From assembly GCA_035513175.1 (NCBI GenBank), contig DATKCN010000294.1, positions 1-62,387 on the forward strand: a DNA stretch of 62,387 nucleotides. Direction: 5' to 3'. Source of the DNA: Thermomicrobiales bacterium (GTDB taxonomy: Bacteria > Chloroflexota > Chloroflexia > Thermomicrobiales > CFX8). Below the pieces are notes generated by a model. It worked only from the letters and a program-made list of their open reading frames with translations. It did no database searches and was not told where the DNA came from. Positions 58,464 to 62,387 of this stretch are shown here, in pieces. How positions within the stretch are numbered: the stretch's first letter is position 1; every line of letters begins with the position of its first letter. A program made the position numbers and the translations under genes.

Positions 58464-59444
58464 GTGAGCGGCCGGGATGCCCGACTTCGACACTTCCGGA
58501 ACAGATTTATGACGCCAAACGTCGAAACAGTGCATGGTCGAGTAGCTCCCTCTACGGCATCGCCGTCACGTCGCGCGGTTGTGACTAGCGCGTTGCGTGC
58601 GCTCCGACCGAAGCAGTGGACGAAGAATGCGCTTGTCTTCGCGGCGCTCGTGTTCGACCATCAACTGTTCGATCCGTCTCGCCTCGCGACGGTCGTCGGA
58701 GCTTTCGCATGCTTTTGTATTGCAAGCAGCGCCGTCTATCTGATCAACGATATCCACGACATCGAGTCTGATCGTCAGCACCACCGAAAGCGGCTGCGCC
58801 CCATCGCTGCTGGCCATATCTCTCCGACGAGTGCCTGGAGCATGGCCGTACTGCTCAGCGTCACTGCGCTTGTCGGAGCCATACTGCTGCGACCCGCGTT
58901 TGCGGGCATCGTTGCCGCCTATCTGCTGTTGATGGTCGTCTATACCTACGTGCTCAAGGATCTCGTTATCGTCGATGTCTTTACCATCTCGGCGGGATTC
59001 CTTCTGCGAGCTGCCGGTGGAGCCGTCGTATTGTCCGTGCCGATCAGCCCGTGGCTGTACGTCTGTACGATTCTCCTGTCGCTGTTCATCGGATTCGCCA
59101 AACGTCGCCATGAGCTTCAACTGTTAGAGGAAAGCGCGGGAGCCCACCGTCGAAATCTGAACGACTATTCGTCGAACTTGCTCGACCAGTTCATCTTGAT
59201 TGCTGCAGCCGCGACGGTGATGGCATATGCGCTCTACACGTTTACCTCCCCCAGCCTGCCGGATTCCCACGCGATGATGGTCACGATTCCCTTCGTGCTG
59301 TACGCGATGTTCCGCTACCTGTTCCTCGTTCACCGCCGTGACGAGGGCGGCTCGCCCGAGCAGATGCTGTTGAGCGACTTGCCCCTTCTGACTTGTATTA
59401 TTCTCTGGGGAGTGGTGACGATCGTAATTCTGTATGCGTCCTGA
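58464..59444 (+). CDS. UbiA-family decaprenyl-phosphate 5-phosphoribosyltransferase-like enzyme (Rv3806c/UbiA type)
   Basis: RPKQWTKNALVFAALVF and YLINDIHDIESDRQHHRKRLRPIAAG (NDxxDxxxD), a second Asp-rich region, and about 8 TM helices. Confidence 0.8.
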   Translation: MSGRDARLRHFRNRFMTPNVETVHGRVAPSTASPSRRAVVTSALRALRPKQWTKNALVFAALVFDHQLFDPSRLATVVGAFACFCIASSAVYLINDIHDIESDRQHHRKRLRPIAAGHISPTSAWSMAVLLSVTALVGAILLRPAFAGIVAAYLLLMVVYTYVLKDLVIVDVFTISAGFLLRAAGGAVVLSVPISPWLYVCTILLSLFIGFAKRRHELQLLEESAGAHRRNLNDYSSNLLDQFILIAAAATVMAYALYTFTSPSLPDSHAMMVTIPFVLYAMFRYLFLVHRRDEGGSPEQMLLSDLPLLTCIILWGVVTIVILYAS

Positions 59445-59480
59445 ATTGAATCATTTCGCATCGACTCCTTGAGTCGCGGG

Positions 59481-59509
59481 TTGTCAGACTTCTATATGCT
59501 TGCTATACT
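59481..59509 (+). promoter_or_regulatory. candidate strong sigma-70 type promoter of hsp20 (TTGTCA-N17-TATACT)
   Basis: The hexamers are read directly in an AT-rich gap. The palindrome CGACTC-CTT-GAGTCG (59462-59476) abuts the -35. Confidence 0.5.
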
Positions 59510-59591
59510 ATTCTTGTTCTGCCAGCACGTTGATTGCACGTCGATTGCGGTGGAGAGACGTTGCTCGCGCCCAACGCGGTTATGAAGGGTA

Positions 59592-60053
59592 GTGCAGATG
59601 CTGGTGATTCAAAAGCGAAGCGATCGAAGCATAGAGCGCATTCAGCACGAGATGGAAGATCTCTTCCACGAGATGGTGTCGGGCGGACAGCCGATCCGTG
59701 TGCGGATCTCCAGCGCGTCGCGCCCGGCATGGCGTCCTCCGATTGAGGTCTACGAGACTGAATCGTCGCTGGTCGTGCTCTCTGAAATTGCTGGCCTCAC
59801 CGAAGCCGAGTTCGAGGTGATCGTTGATGACTCGGTGCTGACCATTCGGGGAGAGCGATTGCCAGTGTCGTGTGACGATCGACGGATCGTGCATGAGATG
59901 GGCATCAGGTACGGGACGTTCGCGGCGGACATCTACCTTCCATTTACCGTCGAGCATGACGCGGTGGCAGCAACCTATGACAACGGACTCTTGCGCATCG
60001 AGTTGCCGCGCGGCGTCGCGACGCAAGTGAACGTGTCGGGCCCCGGACACTGA
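59592..60053 (+). CDS. Hsp20/alpha-crystallin family small heat-shock protein
   Basis: Alpha-crystallin domain: [23 protein letters not shown]...LTIRGER...F...LPFTV....[14 protein letters not shown]. The start is GTG 59592 or ATG 59598. Confidence 0.9.
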   Translation: MQMLVIQKRSDRSIERIQHEMEDLFHEMVSGGQPIRVRISSASRPAWRPPIEVYETESSLVVLSEIAGLTEAEFEVIVDDSVLTIRGERLPVSCDDRRIVHEMGIRYGTFAADIYLPFTVEHDAVAATYDNGLLRIELPRGVATQVNVSGPGH

Positions 60054-60126
60054 CGTTCTCAGCAACAAAGACATCGCGCCGCAGACGGTTCGACCCGCCG
60101 CGTCGATGGATAGCAAGGAGGCTATC

Positions 60127-62387
60127 GTGAATGAAGATATAACAACCAGCGCCTCGGACGAGCTCGTCCCAGACGCCGAGCAAGTTGAAGAAGATGTGAC
60201 CGTGAATTCCGCATCCGCGGTGGTTCCGGTGCTGCCGCTACGTGGAACCGTTGTGTTCCCAATGACGATAGTGCCACTTGCAGCCGCACATCCGCGCTCG
60301 CTGCGCCTGATCGATTCAGTCGCCGCTGGCGATCGCACCGTTGTGCTCGTGCTGCAGAACGACGCCGAGCAGGATGCAGCTGGACCGGGTGAGACGCGTG
60401 AGATCGGCACGCTGGCAACGATTCACCAGATGATGCGCGTGCCAGACGGTAGCGTCAGGCTCGCTGTCCAGGGCGTTCGCCGCGTGCGAATCAACGAGTG
60501 GGTGTCTGAGGAACCGTACCTCACGGCGATCGTCAACGACCTGCCGGAGATCAGCGACGACAGCATCGAGTCCAGGGCGTTGATGCGTTCTACCGTTGAG
60601 TTGTTTCAGCGACTCGTCAGCCTCGTGTCGAATTTGCCGGATGAGCTGATCACCGCCGCCCTCAATGTGGATGAGCCGCTACAGCTCGTGTATCTGGTTG
60701 CCACGAATCTGCGGATGGAGCCGAACCAGCGCCAGGAGATGCTGGAGCTCAACTCCGTGCAGGAAAAGCTGCAATTCGTCGCGCGATTCATGACTAAGGA
60801 GCTCGACCTTCTTGAGTTGGGGAAAAAGCTTCAGGGTGATGTACAGGAGGAGCTTGGCAAGACTCAGCGCGAGTATTATCTGCGCGAGCAATTGAAGGCG
60901 ATCCAGCGCGAGCTCGGCGAGGCCGACGGTCAAGTGGCCGAAGTGAGCGAGTTGCGCGAAAAGATCGAGGCAGCCGCACTGCCCGAGGAGGCCCTCAAGG
61001 AGGCGAACCGCGAGCTGGATCGGCTGTCGAAGCTCCCTCCTGCCGCCGCAGAGTACGGGGTTATCAAGACGTACCTCGATTGGCTCGCGTCACTTCCGTG
61101 GCAGGTGTCCACCGAAACGGAAATCGACGTGAAGACTGCCAAGGAGATCCTCGATCGCGACCACTACGACATGGAGCAGGTGAAGGATCGCATCCTTGAG
61201 TACCTCGCGGTTCGCCGGCTGCGCCAGGAGCGCGACGCTGAGGACGGCGCAGAGCAACGCCGTGGGGAGCCGATACTGTGCTTCGTCGGACCTCCCGGGG
61301 TGGGAAAGACCTCGCTGGCTCAAGCAATCGCCGAAGCGCTCGGCCGGAAATTCACGCGCATGTCCCTGGGCGGCGTGCGGGACGAGGCCGAAATTCGCGG
61401 GCACCGTCGCACATACATCGGCGCGATGCCTGGGCGCATCATTCAGGCGATCCGACGCGCCGGGGCTAACGACCCCGTGTTCGTGCTCGACGAGGTCGAC
61501 AAGCTTGGCTCTGACTGGCGCGGCGATCCGTCGTCCGCGTTGCTGGAGGTTCTCGACCTCGAACAGAACGATACGTTCCGAGATCACTATCTCGATGTCC
61601 CCTTCGATCTGAGCAAGGTGATGTTCGTCACGACCGCCAATCTGCTCGATCCCATCCCGTCGCCGTTGCGCGATCGGATGGAGATTATCCATCTCTCGGG
61701 GTATACGGACGACGAGAAGCTTCACATCGCCAAGCGCTATCTCGTGCCCCGCCAGGCGATAGCGCACGCGCTTCCAGTCGACGGTCCTAATTGGGACGAT
61801 GACGCGATACTGAGGATAATCCAGATGCATACTCGGGAGAGCGGCGTCAGGAATCTGGAGCGTGAAATCGGAACTGTCTGCCGCAAGCTCGCGACGCGCT
61901 TCGCGTCCGGCGGCGAGGTTCCCGAGCGGATCACCGTCGAGCACGTACGTGAGTTCCTCGGGCGTCCGAAGTTCTTCTACGAAGAGCTCGCGACGCGCAC
62001 GTCCCTTCCTGGCGTCGCGATCGGTGTCGGTGTCACGGCAGTTGGCGGGGACATCATGTTCATCGAAACGTCGAAGATGCCCGGACGCGGTTCGTTGACA
62101 ATCACGGGCCAGCTTGGCGACGTGATGAAGGAGTCAGCCCAGGCAGCGATGTCGTTCGTGCGGGCCCGAGCGTCTGACCTCGGTATCGACGACGGCATGT
62201 TCAGCGAAACCGACGTTCACGTACACGTTCCGGCGGGGGCCACTCCAAAGGACGGCCCTTCCGCAGGCGTCGCACTGACGACTGCCCTGGTGTCGCTCTT
62301 GACCGGCATTCCTGCCAACGAGGATGTCGCCATGACTGGTGAGGTCACATTGCGTGGGCAAGTGCTTCCTGTTGGGGGCATAAAGGA
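60127..62387 (+). CDS. lon: ATP-dependent Lon protease (3'-truncated by the window end)
   Basis: AAGGAGG lies 5 nt before GTG 60127. LON N-domain [11 protein letters not shown], Walker [10 protein letters not shown] and the protease Ser context PKDGPSAGV are present. The frame is open to nt 62387. Confidence 0.95.
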   Translation, partial: MNEDITTSASDELVPDAEQVEEDVTVNSASAVVPVLPLRGTVVFPMTIVPLAAAHPRSLRLIDSVAAGDRTVVLVLQNDAEQDAAGPGETREIGTLATIHQMMRVPDGSVRLAVQGVRRVRINEWVSEEPYLTAIVNDLPEISDDSIESRALMRSTVELFQRLVSLVSNLPDELITAALNVDEPLQLVYLVATNLRMEPNQRQEMLELNSVQEKLQFVARFMTKELDLLELGKKLQGDVQEELGKTQREYYLREQLKAIQRELGEADGQVAEVSELREKIEAAALPEEALKEANRELDRLSKLPPAAAEYGVIKTYLDWLASLPWQVSTETEIDVKTAKEILDRDHYDMEQVKDRILEYLAVRRLRQERDAEDGAEQRRGEPILCFVGPPGVGKTSLAQAIAEALGRKFTRMSLGGVRDEAEIRGHRRTYIGAMPGRIIQAIRRAGANDPVFVLDEVDKLGSDWRGDPSSALLEVLDLEQNDTFRDHYLDVPFDLSKVMFVTTANLLDPIPSPLRDRMEIIHLSGYTDDEKLHIAKRYLVPRQAIAHALPVDGPNWDDDAILRIIQMHTRESGVRNLEREIGTVCRKLATRFASGGEVPERITVEHVREFLGRPKFFYEELATRTSLPGVAIGVGVTAVGGDIMFIETSKMPGRGSLTITGQLGDVMKESAQAAMSFVRARASDLGIDDGMFSETDVHVHVPAGATPKDGPSAGVALTTALVSLLTGIPANEDVAMTGEVTLRGQVLPVGGIK

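Overview
This is a 62.4 kb, high-GC (about 63-70% by hand counts), very gene-dense chromosomal segment, and almost all of it is housekeeping. The overall gene content (T-box leader, ClpC, Hsp20, 4-domain S1, dimeric GlyRS, QueG, CoaX) suggests a high-GC monoderm-type lineage such as Chloroflexota/Thermomicrobia-like. That assignment is inference only.

Main content, left to right:
- A Rieske/cytochrome b/di-heme cytochrome c operon.
- thrS, preceded by a canonical T-box leader and a tRNA-Val(GAC).
- An EF-G paralog / RNase HI / peroxiredoxin-like operon.
- M42 peptidase, coaX, queG and a PfkB kinase.
- An OmpR-type two-component pair.
- ispG, rseP, ald, a Xer recombinase, glyQS and an orphan parB.
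- A CPBP protease and an ECF sigma/anti-sigma pair.
- A fused homocysteine methyltransferase/MTHFR.
- rplS, rnhB, yraN, moaB and hisS.
- A GT4 glycosyltransferase divergent from a 7-gene overlapping operon (PIG-L deacetylase, M24 and M20 peptidases, O-antigen-ligase-like membrane protein, DapA-family lyase, phosphoesterase).
- rpsA, clpC, radA, murG, lspA and rluD.
- Glycerate kinase, a ThDP enzyme and a nucleoside hydrolase.
- A degenerate DnaC-like protein.
- Polyprenyl synthase, a DUF4015-type glycosidase-like protein and a decaprenyl-phosphate phosphoribosyltransferase-like UbiA enzyme.
- hsp20 and a 3'-truncated lon.

I found no mobile elements, CRISPR arrays or recognisable defence systems.

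The most interesting signal is a peroxiredoxin-like (AhpC/TSA) gene at 7632-8156 (- strand). Its reading frame is interrupted by one in-frame TGA, exactly at the catalytic Cys of the W-C-x-x-C motif, and a hairpin follows immediately. It is a candidate selenocysteine (UxxC) protein that ORF callers split or truncate.

Secondary observations:
- A structured element upstream of moaB.
- A perfect 13-bp tandem repeat in the long clpC leader.
- A Walker-motif-dead AAA+ loader-like protein.
- An S1 protein with a roughly 240-aa acidic tail.
- A 39-codon membrane ORF at the end of the bc operon.
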